Source: Paraspadella gotoi (lineage: Eukaryota; Animalia; Chaetognatha). From it: DNA of 64,000 nt. Positions 37,687 to 51,022 of the stretch are shown one piece after another. Positions within the stretch are counted from its first letter, which is position 1. Every line of letters starts with the position of its first letter. Location of the stretch: NCBI GenBank assembly GCA_051294375.1, contig CM119266.1, forward strand, positions 19,603,657 to 19,667,656, written 5' to 3'. A model generated the notes under the pieces. That model worked only from the letters and a program-made list of their open reading frames with translations. It was not told where the DNA came from and ran no database searches. The position numbers and the translations under genes were made by a program.

Positions 37687-40600
37687 GAGAGAGATCAGAA
37701 GAGAGAGAGAGAGAGAGAGAAGAGAGAGTGACGAGAAGAGAGAAATGAGAGAAGCAGAGAGAGAAAGAGAAAGAGAGAGAGAGAGATGAAACAGGCAGAG
37801 CATGAGAAGGAGCAGGAGCAACACCAGCTTTTAAACTCCGGAAGTGAGGGTCAAAAATATTTGCCACGAAAAACGGAAGATAATGAATTTGAGAAGTGAA
37901 AGTTTCTCGCTTATAGCCTTATATGCGTAACAAATTAAAGCCTTATAAAGCAGCCTTACAAATTTTTAAATGCAAACATAACAAAATTCAAGCAAAATAA
38001 TATATTTAGAGGAAAAATAAGTCATAACACGATAAAACATGATACGCAATAACTTAACCTACACTCATTCTGATTCCTAAATCTAGATCCTAGATCGTCT
38101 CAACTCATTCTTAACCGATCAAAATTTTTTCACGAATCCTACTTCTGGATTAGAATAAAGATAAATCGAGCCAAAATGCAAAAATAGAATAATTAAAATA
38201 TTTTTAATATAATAATACAATTTTTTGGCAAAAATTTAACTCCGAATTGGTTTTCGTTCAGTTAAAAAAAATAGTATTTTGTTTTTGAAAGTCTGATCGG
38301 ATGAGGTTTCGATCCTCTGACGGAGAGTTAGGATAAAATGTATCGCTGTGAAACAAAAGACGATGTATCCCCCAAATATCCCTTTAATACTAATGAGGAT
38401 AATGAAAATTTTAATTCACGCTTCCTTTCTCAATAATGACACCAATAAAATCTTTATGATTCTTTAAATATTGAATACGAAACTGAGCTTTTTCCTAATT
38501 GAAGTGAATAATGATTATTTAAAATAGCAGAAATGATCTTACATGTATTTGGATTTTAATGCGAGCAATGGTAGTGTTGGAAAATCTTATAATTGTTAAT
38601 GACATTGGCTTTGCGGAATTTAGAAGACTTTATATTCATAATTTATATTTTTATTCATATTATATTCATAATATTGTAGTTGCAAGTAAAGGCCAAAAAA
38701 ACTAAAACAAAACAACATCTTGTCAGAGAGATAAAAACCTTATAATACAAAATTAAAACCTTATAATACAAAATTTTTACATCTATAAATTTAAATACTT
38801 GGTTCGAATAATTCATTTTTTCAAACTTACATATATATAAATACGTATCTATAAATAAGAAAAAATGGTTTAAAATATTGACATTTTTTGTAGTTTTTTA
38901 AACATTTCTTAAAAATCGCATCAATTTCTAATAATTTCAAGATTCGATACTTAACTACTGCGAGTGGTAATAAAATCATAACGATCGACTTACGAAATGA
39001 AAGAGAAATCCATGTTACTTTTATTCTATTCCATGCTGCAACACTCCTGCGGCTGCGACTCCAGTACCGAACGATCCGGCTGCTGCTGTAAACCTTTGTC
39101 GTTGATATCGACGTGACAGAATGAGATTGAAGTTACGAGTGACGAGTGACGAGTCGCCTAAACCACGTGTTACGATTACTGGCACCAAAGATCTGCCAAG
39201 GATTTTCATCTTTTCGTTTTTTAAATTGATTATATAATTTAATTTATTTTAAACGGTGACAATAAACGATAAGCGGTAAACAAGCTAACTTGCCTCCTGA
39301 CATTAAATAGGGTTAAGCCATTCATCTCTCTTTCAAATAATAACTAAGCCTAACCCTGTATGCTTTCAATCATGACTTTCAGTCTTCAGCATGATTTTTT
39401 TTTTCCTTTGTAACATTTCTCTCAGACTCGGTATCAGTTTTCCCCGTCGACCTAAATTGTAGTCACGGACGAAAGGACCTTCGTTATGAATGGACAACGT
39501 CATTCCTCTAGCACCAATGGTAAGCTGCTTCCACAAATCAAGCGGAAGCCTCATTCACGATCCAAGCATCGTAAATCCACATTCCTTTTCTCGGTCTGTC
39601 TGTCTGGCGTTATCATCGTTAGGATTGGATATAAGGCATAACCATAAGTGTAGTAAATTAAGTTTTCTAATGAGGTTAACATTTTCAGGCCGCATACCTT
39701 CAAGATTTCGCTTATTCTCTACTTTTTTTTCCGGTATCATTTTTGTGATTCTTATCGATTTAGACTCGGCCTTTCGATAATAGCATTTTCGGTACCTTCT
39801 CCAAAAATTGGTTTCGCCTCCGCTTTTTGTTTTCTTTTCATCTCACATGAGATTCTTAAATCGAATTTCTTAAGAAATGGAGGGAAAATGTCGGAGGAGA
39901 AAGAGAAAAAAAAGTTTTCATTGTGACAGAATGGTAGTTTTTTAATAAATTTTTCTAGGCAATTAAAGCATTCATTTTGACTAATCAGTATGTAGAGTTG
40001 CGACCGAAGGGATTCCTAGCCCTGATTAAAATTCAAAACTCGGTGGAAACAAAATATGTTAGACGGCGCCCTCACTGATGCAATGCATAGCTAGATATTC
40101 TTTCCTCTGCTAGATATTCTGCTAATTTTTTTAGGCGAAGAAAGTTTATGATTATGATCTCTAGGGTAGGCAGGTTGTTTCGAAAAGCCAAGATGACAAA
40201 AAAGTATCTCGGAATTTAAAGCACTCTTATAGAAACTAAAAAATAAAAAGTAAAAAAATCTGAAATTACTTTAGAATTACTTAAATTGCTATTATAGAAC
40301 ACTGCGAACAAATAGGACAAAATATCAACCAAGCTTATTGTATGAAATCGGTACAACCAATATAAAAATTATCCATTCATTTAATAAATAAGCTATGCTA
40401 GTCACTGGAAAATGCTTCTGTTTGGAGAAGATTTAAAAAAAAATATTTATGAAAGTTCCAAAATTACTTTTTATTTTTTATTTTTTAATTTTTAGATTTA
40501 AAATATCTATTATTGATGATTTTATTTATTTGTTAACATATTTTTGTGTTAAATATTTAAATATAATATGATGATAATATTATTATTCTTTTATCTATAA

Positions 40601-40882
40601 AATATGTTTTACGTATAATCAAAGTATCCGCCATTCGCTAGTGCATTCTTCCCCACTTTTCCTATTCTTGATCTTGTGCATGGGACGGTTTCGTCCCAAT
40701 CTTTGATCATCGCTTCTCCTCCAATCACAGGCTTGGAATCTTTGATTCGCCAATGAGAGGACGAGAATTCGACCTTTTGCGTCACTCATGGGGCCATTGA
40801 ACCTCATAAGTCTAATTTAGCCTTTTTTTGCTACCAATTCGATCCATTGCCTTAGTCATCGTCGTCGCCATTGTCGTTTCCA

Positions 40883-40914
<32 letters not shown>

Positions 40915-42565
40915 ACTATCATGGGGCAACTGGGTTCTCGGTTCTCGCTAGACCGTGTCGTGGTGAAACTTCGCTTTTGCCGACGACGACGAAGACGACG
41001 ACAACGACGACGTGTCGAACGCGAATGACGACGATGTCGACGACGACGAGCGTTCTCACGACGAAAAACCACTCGTGGTTCGATAACAAGAGAGAGAGAG
41101 AGAGAGAGTGAGTAACCCCATCGACTTGCAGCCAGAAAACATCCTTTCTAATACTACTAGTTTTTACTATTACTACTACTACTATAACTATTACTACTAC
41201 AAAAAAAAGCTACGACCACGACAACTTTAACGACAACTACAACAAGAAAAATAAACTCTACCCCGCTCAAAAAAATATTACTAACATAAGTTGTCGGGTT
41301 TTTTTTTTCCGTCAACATTTTTGTCTCCGGCAAATCGAGACCAAAAAGACTTCCAAGTCCATTTCTCTCTCTTTCTTTCTCCCTGCGTTGCTAACGGCTT
41401 TAGAAGAAAGAAATCACTTTGTTCTTTTGTCGAAACTGATGCTGCATGTGATTGAAGTAGCAGAAATTCATTTCGTAGTCGAAAAGAAGAAAACCTCCAA
41501 ACGTGATTTTTCTCAGTAACACAAAATTCAGTCATCACTAAAAATCGAAATAAGGAAAAAAAAAAAAAAAGCCAAAGTTTATTAACAACCAATCATCAAC
41601 AAAAAAAATCCCTTCCTGGTCAATTTTTACAACCACTAACTGTTTTCTTTCTAAAAACGAACAAAAATTTATGTTTGTCGAACGTAAATTGTTTTTTTAG
41701 AAGTTTAGAATAAAACAAAACAAAAAAAGCAAAAAAAAACTTTTTTAACTTCAACTTCAGTTTGATCGAACGAAAGATTAGTTAGATTAATAAGAAGAAA
41801 ACTCTATTACCAAATCATCGTCCAAGATTTCACGATGGTAAGAATTGAATAAATTTGCTTCAAGAACGCAAATAAGCAATCGACTAACATCATCTAACTG
41901 AAACCAAAAAAAAAGAAGCACAATCATTAATAATCGAAGCGTCGTTATAGCAACCAATTCCAGATCTCCCCTTCCCCCTTAATAAAAATAAAACAAAACA
42001 AAACAACAACAAAAAAACAACAAAAAAACCCCGAAAACCAAAGCAAAACTGTTTTTTTTCCTCAAATCTATCGAGAAGGTAAGTTACGCCACGAAATATC
42101 AAAAGTACATAATATTCATCATTAAATAATAGCAAGGGCATCTCTGTGATCCAACGTACTCGTAACGATAGTCTCGAAAATAATCATAACATTTAAATAT
42201 AAAAGAATAAAATAAAGTTAGAATGACTTGATAAGATAAATAACGAGCGGCGTTTATGTTCGCTCGGAATATCTCCCCCGCCCCCGCCCCCCCCCCCGTT
42301 TTTTGTCCTCTTAAATCGCCGTTTGATCCGGTGATTGTTGCTGGCTTCCGGCTCCGGCCCCATCCATCCGCTGATCCGGCCTCCGTCCCGGTCATTCCCG
42401 ACGACGCTGATTGGCCGGATATCCCTTCGAGTTGATGTTCATTAGCCGAAAATTCTCGCGACGTCAATAGGTCGACCTCTCTCATTGATTTTTTTTGTTG
42501 ACCACCTTTGAACCGTGGATGAACCCGGAAACAAACGGAGATGGAGAGAGTGAGTGAGAGAGAGG

Positions 42566-42675
<110 letters not shown>

Positions 42676-43538
42676 TTGTTCCAGTGAAAAGTAGGGTCAG
42701 GAAATGATAATAACGAACAATATACGTTACCGAATTATTAGCCTACATTACATTATATCCATTACATTATATCCATTACATACAATACATCTATTACATT
42801 ACATTCATATTCTTTATTAGGTATTATATCCAAAATTACTTTTACTTTTATTGTCCAAACTCCACGAGTGGCAGGGGGCGAGAGACTGGCATTGTTTTGT
42901 CAGAACTAAGATCGGAGTAACTCAATGAAACAGAAAAAATATTAACTAAATAAGAAAGAAGGAAATAAAAAATAAAAATACTACCAATATTAAATTCCTT
43001 ATTCCCTCTACTTTCTGGCTGGTTTTCTTGCGATTTGTTCATGTAGTACTTTTAAAAGTAGATAAAAAAATGTTTTAAGATTTAGGTAACCACAGAAGAG
43101 GATGGGAGATGAGAGAAACGAGAAATGATGGAACGTTGCTTAGGAGTGTTGGAACCGCTAACGACTCGACAGAAAACCCAGACTCGGTTAAGATGATAAA
43201 TGATGAAACTTGAAAACGTTTTCATGTTGGAAAAAAAAATAGACTTTTTGAGTCAAGAAAGTTTTTTTTCGCTTTAAAATCTAAACTCAAAATTAATATA
43301 TACCATCGAGGAGACAAAGCGAGAGATGGAGAGACAAAGAGAGAAAAAGAAATAATGTTTTTTCTCTTTCTTAAGCTAATTTTGTTTTGATATCACTGCA
43401 GCTCAATTATTTTGAAAATTCCATCCCTACTTGAGTAAATATTGGGGGATAAAACAATGAGAAAACAAACGAAAAAAACTGGAAAAGAGTAAAAAAAGAG
43501 GGATGAAGGAAACAGAAAGAAAACGAGAATAAGAAAGA

Positions 43539-44236
43539 GATTGTGTTGTGTCACCGGATGTAATAAAGAAAAAAAAGAAAGCAATTGTATTGTGTCACCG
43601 GATGTAAGGAAAGAAGAAAAAGAAAGGGATTATGTTGTGTCACCGAATGTAAGAAAAGGCTAAAGAGAAAGCGATTGTGTTGTGTCATTGGATGTAATGA
43701 AAGGAGAAAGAGAAGGTGATTGTGTTGTGTCACCGGATGTAATGAAAGGATAGAGAAAGAGCGATTGTGTTGTGTCACCGGATGAAAGGAAAGGAGAAAG
43801 AGAAAGCGATTGTGTTGTGTCACTGAATGTAAGGAAAGGAGAGAGAGAAAGCGATTGTGTTGTGTCACCAGATGTAGGGAAAGAAGTAAAACAAAGCAAT
43901 TGTGTTGTGTCACCGGAGGTAAGGAAAGGAGAAAGAGAAAGAGATTGTGTTGTGTCACCGGATGTAATAAAGAAAAAAAAGAAAGCGATTGTGTTGTGTC
44001 ACAGGATGTAATGAAAGGAGAGAGAAAAAGTGGTTGTGTTGTGTCACCGGATATAAGGAGAGGAGAAAGAGCAAATGATTGTGTTGTGTCACCGGATGTA
44101 ATGAAAGGAGAGAGAAAAAGCGATTGTGTTGTGTCACCGGATGTAAGAAAAGAAGAAAAAGAAAGAGATTGTGTTGTGCCACCGGATCTAAGAGAAGGAG
44201 AAAGAGAAAGCGGTTGTGTTGTGTCACCGGATTTAA
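43539..44236. repeat. 45-bp minisatellite, 16 units: conserved 25-bp core GATTGTGTTGTGTCACCGGATGTAA plus a variable purine-rich ~20-bp part
   Basis: Cores at 43539, 43583, 43628 ... 44167 and 44212, spaced 44-45 bp. Confidence 0.95.
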
Positions 44237-44326
44237 GACACGAAGTTGAAGGACGTTCGTTTTACGCGAGTCATTGACGAGGGCCTCCTTTAGTCGCTAC
44301 TAGGGACAGAACAAAAGAAGGGGAAA

Positions 44327-44410
<84 letters not shown>

Positions 44411-44633
44411 AGAAGGAGAGAGAGAGAGAGAGAAGAGAGAAAACGGGGAAAAAAAAATCACGAGGGATAATGAAAAAAAGCCGGATTTAAAAAACTGAAC
44501 AATGGTAAGGAAAGAGAAAGCTTTCGCGAAGAATGTGAAAAGTAGGGAAAAAAGGAAAGAAAAAAGGGCGGGACATAAAAGAAAAGAAGAAAGAAAGGAG
44601 CAAAAGAAAGTGCGGAAGATGAGAGAGAGAGAG

Positions 44634-44682
<49 letters not shown>

Positions 44683-45329
44683 TGACAAATCGAGACTTGA
44701 ATTTAATCCGTTTGTTATTCGTAGTTCTCCTTTGAACTTCGCTTTTCCTTTATCTCTCTTTTTCTTTTAAGGAACTGGATCTAAGTATTATTTAACTGGA
44801 GGTCTTGATATTAAAAGTACTGTTGGGGCAATTATAATATAATTAGAGGTGAAGTATTTATTTTCCACGGAGTTTAACAAAAACTAATATAAAATTCCCT
44901 TCCCGCTCTGTTCACTTGTTCCATATCCAAAATTATACGTCGCGTATTCTTCGACGCTACGCGACCATCTCGTGCCAGCGTAGCGTGACGCTGGCCTTTC
45001 TCGTCCACATCGTCGCCCACGCGACACAAACGCCAACTCAAAATTATGGCTCAACTTTTTCCTCGTTTTTCAACTTTTTCCATTTCATTCTCGACATTGC
45101 GTCTCTTTGTTTATTGTTTTTTTTTCGACTCCGGTTTTTATTTCGGAAAGAAAGAAAGGATAAAAAAGGAAATGGGAACTTTCTTATTCGCTTTATAAGT
45201 GTTAAGACTCGATACATTGTCATTGATTAAACTACTTAATTTTCTAAAAAAATTTGGTCAAAATACTTTCGATTTGTTGGGCTACCACGTGATTTTGACA
45301 TGATTTTATATAATTTCCTCGTTGGGAGA

Positions 45330-45676
45330 ATGCAATCAGAATGAAGAGATGGCGTGCAATCCGATTGTAGAGAGTGCAATCAGAATGTAGAGACAGTGCA
45401 ATCAGATTGTAGAGAGAGTGCAATCTGATTGGAAGAAAGAGTGCAATCAGATAGGAGAGAGAGTGTAATCAGATTGGAGAGAGAGCGCAATCAGATTGGA
45501 GAGAGAGTGCAATCAGAATGGAGAGATAGTATACAATCAGATTGTACAGAGAGTGCAATCAGATTGTAGAGAGAGTGCAATCAGATTGTAGAAAGAGTGC
45601 AATCTGATTGGGGAGAGAGAGTGCAATCAGATTGGATAGAGAGTGCTAACAGATAGTCGAGAGAGTGCAATCAGAC
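45330..45676. repeat. ~22-bp minisatellite (gagagagtgcaatcagattgta), ~16 units
   Basis: Direct reading. The consensus unit holds the palindrome CAATC-N-GATTG. Confidence 0.9.
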
Positions 45677-46606
45677 GGAACGGGACGCGACCGATTTCGC
45701 CACAATATTTTTCGCTCCATCGTCGAATCTTCGTTCGACTTTAAAAAAGGGACTACAGAATTATTTCCTTCCATACAACAGAAACGGATTTTTATGCCGC
45801 CTCGATTTCTCGAAACTTCTTTTTTGGCTTCGTCTATTCGGAATTCTTTTGATGGAACCGATGTTTTTGATGCCATCGCGAGATTGCAGATGGGGCCCGG
45901 GATGTCGCGCGCCCGTCGTTTGGCGTCTCGGCCTCGCAAATGCGCTCATGGAAAGAGAGAGAGAGAGAGAGAGATCCACTCATGATTTCGTCCATTTTTA
46001 TTCATGGATTTTGTTGTTACCCGGAAGGAAACCCGGTACATAGCGACTCAGCGGTTCCGCAACTCCTGCGATTCGAATGTCAAGAATGTGTCGAACTCGG
46101 TTGTGTATCATTGGAATATAATGGCGTTTATGGACTGACTAAAAAAGCCATTAAACATTAATTCACATACATTTTTTTTTAACTAACTGTATCGTATCAT
46201 CGGAGAACAAAAGTTGAGGATAAAAAGAAATGACATATTAAGTAATGTTCACAAAATAATTTGGAACTGAAAGTCACGGTTCAAGAGAGATCTCTGGAAT
46301 GGGACAAAGTCGACACTGGATGCGTTTCCACTGAAGGCATTAAAGCCTCTGGGGAGGAGAGAGGAAGATTTAGCCCAGACTTGGTCGGAATCCGTCTGTC
46401 AGTAAGGAATCCTCATCTGGTTTGGGTTAGAAACCAAAGAAAAGGTTAAGGTTGAGCAATGCGCAACTACTGTTTCTTGTCCTTAGTTATTAATTGAAAG
46501 TTTTTTAAACAATTGATTTTGATTGTGCTTAGTGGAAAAGAAATGTGGTTGCAAACTGGAAAAGCCACGAATTTCACAGTAATTTTACGACTCTTTACAA
46601 ATTCTT

Positions 46607-46649
<43 letters not shown>

Positions 46650-49600
46650 TCTCTCTCAGTCTCAGTCTTCGTGCTCTGCTCTCTTTCTCTCTCTCTCTTC
46701 CTGTTCTCGTTTCTCTGCTCTCTCTCTCACACACTCTCACACTCACTCCCTCCCTCAAAGTAATTCAAGTGAATCTGCCCCGATTCTTTATCCAGGAGAA
46801 CATTTCTGCAGACATTTGAAAATAACAAGCGATGAACGAAAGTCGTAAATTAACCACACGAATTCCACGCGTTCGCTGCTGAGTTTCCCTAACCGGCTTT
46901 TTTCGGTTAAGGATTAACGGTTATAATAATAAATTACTAATTATTTAATTTTTTTGAAATTTTTTTCAATTTATATTACATCCCTAAAATTATGTATATT
47001 TTAGATATAGATAAAAAATCAATATTGTATTTTTAGAAATTTAAATCGGATTTTTTAAATTTAAAGTACAAGGAGCATAATTAGTATATTTCCGTCACTA
47101 GATTTATGTACTAGATACCAAACAATTTCTTTCCAAATATCTCTCTTGAAATCTTTTACTAAGTACTATTAATCATGATTATTAATTATTAATTATTAGT
47201 CTTGATTTCTTTCTTTGAATACTATGATTAGTGTTACTGTTATACCGTATAAGTGTTAAACATATTACGAAGTACGTACATAGTATTTTTCATTCTCATG
47301 GGTAAGTTTTTAAATATAGTATTTAATGCTTATCAAAACATAAAATGATAAAAATCGCAGCTTTAATTCAATTTTCTATTCAATGAGAATTTTTTACCTT
47401 TTTTGTTTTCTTTTTCTTTTTCTTTTTTCTTTTCCCTAATTTCCATCTTCCTTTGACATCCGGGGAACCCTAGGGGGCGTGGCTCAAGTCGTCCACGCCG
47501 TAGTCGTCGTCGTCTTCGTCCTCGTCGTCGTCTGACAGAAAGTGACAAATTGATTCCCATAAATCCCACAGAAAAGCCCAAAGATTTTATTTCCATATGC
47601 CTTTCAACTTTAGCTGCCAAAATCTTGAGTTTGAGGAACAATGTTGTTTCAAAAAAAAAAAAAAAAGAAGCCGGGCTTTTTTTTTATAAAGAAAAAATAA
47701 GTAAGGCGGCCAGGTAATTAGTTGGCTAAAACTGTCACTTCGGTGATGCCCTTCTTGTGATGAGAAAATGGGATTCTCGCGATAATTAAGCAAGGCGCTA
47801 AGAGACGTTGTACACTTTTCGCGAGGTTGAAACCAACTATTATATTTAAGGTTCCTTTTTATATATTTTAGCTTTTGCTCTCGTTGGTTCGTTATTAATG
47901 AGGTTTCGCATACAAAACTGGTTGTATATCACGATGTTGAAGTTTTTTTTTCCTTAGGAGAGAAAACGAGCCTGCCCGCCGCCCCCCCCCCAAAAAACAG
48001 AGAACGTGAGAAAAGTGAGTGAACAAAAAAAAAAAAAACCGTTTTGTTCTTCGTCATTCGCCGAAACGAGAAGGCTTAAAAAAAGTTCTTTTTCCCCGGA
48101 AGCAAAAAAGCGAGCGAGACACGGAAAACAACAATGATCCAACTGAAAAGTCAACTGAATCGCCAAGTCTTAAGTTAAGCGAATGGAAATAAGAACAACG
48201 CTAACAATGACGAGATGGCATTTGTTTTTTGTTTTCGTTTCCCCGGAGGCGCGCCCCCTTTAGGCGCCCACGTTTTTTTTCCACGGGAATTGGACAGTTT
48301 TTTTTCTCAGCCTCGTAAATCGAGTTTCCCGAACTGAATCCAAATTTTCTCTCTTTTTAACGACTTGGATGACGCAGATTCGAGTCACCTTCGTCGTCGT
48401 CGTCGTGGTCGTCGTCTTTGTCATCTCCCTCAGGCGTTGGAACATTTGACGATCTAACCTTTTGACTTCTCTTTTCTAACGAAGCTCGTGGAGGAGAGGG
48501 GGGGGGTGCCTGGTGGGGGAGAGGCAAAACCAAATGATACAATGAAAAATAAAGGGACACGAAAAACAAAACAAAAAACGGTTGCGTAGGTTTTATTTTG
48601 TCATTAGGTTTATCACTCTTTTATATAATATCTTGTCAAAGGTTTTTCTTGAATACCATCTGAAGCCAAATTTTTAGTAGATGAAAAAATCTATTTTGTA
48701 ATTGTGCAATGCGCTCTGTGAAATGGTGATGAATTTTTAAATCTAAGATATCAACAACATGAGGCTATCCGAAAAAAAAAAATTCCGCCACAATTTAGTT
48801 TAATAGTTTAGCAAGAATTTAAAAATAATCACGATGTCTTCTTATAACGATGTTTGTCTCGAAATATACTACTTCCAAACAGTATGATGTAGTTGGGATT
48901 CGATCCAATGACTTTTTTAACCGCTTTTAAAACCCGTCATAAAAGACACTCATAAAACAAAATTTTTAAGAACGGAAACCGTTAAGTTGGAGAAATTGGA
49001 AGCTAACAGCGGACATAAATCCTGACTCGAAAAGTCTCTATGGCATTTCTCCCATTTTCCTCAGCTTTTACTAGTTTTTTTTTTTTTTTTTTTTTTTTTG
49101 AAACCGCGCGACCTAAATAAGGAAGACGTGAGAGTTGCAGTGTTGCTCGACTTAGTTCAAAATAAAAATAAAAAATACCAAACAGATGTATCGAGAAATA
49201 CCTTTAATATATATCTTTAAAATGTCTTTAAATAATTGTTAGATTTAATAGAGAAGCATCGTCAATGATAATTGAAGCAAGTCGATGCAACGGCGAACAC
49301 GCGGTCCATTTTAAGAATCGCGGTCACAAGCATGACGACACCTCCGCTGCCACACCAAGATAGTTTCGCGTGGAAAGAGACGTAGAAAGAGAAAGACAGA
49401 GAGAGCGAAAGATAGAGAGCGAGAGATGTGCTTTTATTTTATCCGCGAATATTCGTTATAAACGGTTAGTTTTTTTTCAAATGCTCCATCTTCACTCGAT
49501 TCGTCCCGTTCAGCCCAATTTTTATTTTCGGGGGGGCCAAAGCATTTGGCGTTGGGCTCCGCGGGGAAACATCAATCAAGCTTTTACCCGAATGGAACGA

Positions 49601-49806
49601 CCGCATATTTTCGAGATGAGGTTGTTAATGTCCAAGTGAATTTTGGTAGATCCACGGACTACTGGGAAAATGAAAGAGAAAGAAAGAGAAGGGAGAGAGA
49701 GAGAGAGCGTGAAAGAGAGAGCGAGAGAGAGAGAGAGAAGAGAGAGAGGGAGAGAGAGAGGAGAGGAGGAAGAGAGAGAGAGGAAAGAGAGAGCGAGAGG
49801 GAGAGA

Positions 49807-49859
<53 letters not shown>

Positions 49860-50279
49860 AAAGTATGGAGTTTTTAACGGGATTTTTTCGAATTTGATAG
49901 TAGAACGACCACAATACTATTAGTCAACAGGTATAATTTTTTTTTAAAAGTCTCTAGAATTTAAATATTTTCAAAATTTTCCAGTTTAAAACAAAAACAT
50001 ATCCATTACATAGTCAAATTTATAAATGGTTACGGTGGGTTGGATTCACTTATTACCTAATTTTTGCATTTTTAATTCTCGATAATTACTAATTTAAAAT
50101 ACTAAGTAAATGAACATAAATCGCCAACTTTTATTTGTTTTTTTTAATCTATTCAATTAAAGCTTTTTGTGACCATGTGAATTATTTGTGACTAATTACT
50201 AACACCTCTCTCTCCCGCTTGTTTTTTCCCCCTTTTTTTCCCCAAACTCACGCCTATGCATAACATCGCGTGACTGCGA

Positions 50280-50375
<96 letters not shown>

Positions 50376-50788
50376 ACCGCACGCACAAACACAGTCCCGT
50401 GTCAGCGGACAGAAACTCGTTATTTCTCGGTGAAACTCATCTCGTATTTCAAGTCCCTCCGTTTGCATCCACAGCAACGCATTCGTCTTCACAGCATCAG
50501 TCTGCGTTTCCACAGCAATTGACTTCGTTCGCATGAAACTGTGCAAGATATCGCAATAGTATCTGACTCTCAAAATCACCTCCCAAAACTTGATTGATCC
50601 GTGACTACTCTGTCTCCCTCAGACTTAATTTCGAGTAGTGAAAGAGCAATCGGTCCCTCTCCCCTCTTCCCCTCGCCCCAACGTCCCTTCGCCACCACCC
50701 CACGCCACCCCCGCGCCCCTCTCACGCCACTCCTCCCTTTCCCCATTTCCAATTCCACAACCCACGCGGCATCACTCCCGCCCCTCCG

Positions 50789-51022
50789 ATGCAGGACGCG
50801 GCCCTACAACTGGCCTCTCCCTTTTTGGTTCACCCACCAGTGGTGAACGGACTTCCGCTAGCGGGAGTTTTGCCGCCATCGCCGGCCAACTCGTTGGCTT
50901 CACTGCCGGGAGTGGTGCCCGGCGGGATGCACCCGGGGGCGTTCGTTCAACACGGTCCACTCACCCCGTCCCCTACTAACAGCCAATTCTTCTCCACCGC
51001 AATTTGTACTAATAACGGCAAA
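50789..51022 (+). CDS. Probable coding exon of an unidentified Pro/Ser-rich protein (MQDAALQLASPFLVHPPVVNGLPLAGVLPPSPANS...GPLTPSPTNSQFFSTAICTNNGK)
   Basis: GC-rich, non-repetitive, protein-like frame ending at a consensus phase-0 donor AAA|GTAAGT (51022/51023), then an abrupt switch to AT-rich intron-like DNA. Candidate acceptor tctccctcag ends at 50622. 5' boundary uncertain. Confidence 0.65.

Noticed and set aside
39021-39780. Cluster of ~60-96 aa ORFs in higher-complexity DNA
   Set aside because: No recognisable motif, interrupted by stops, and no consistent splice pattern.
43539-44236. CRISPR array or repeat-protein CDS
   Set aside because: Linkers are only ~20 bp, homologous to each other and almost all purine. 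There are no cas genes and the context is eukaryotic. In-frame stops and frame-breaking units argue against coding.
45646-45985. Bidirectionally open ~100-aa frame
   Set aside because: No recognisable domain, and its ends run into repeats.
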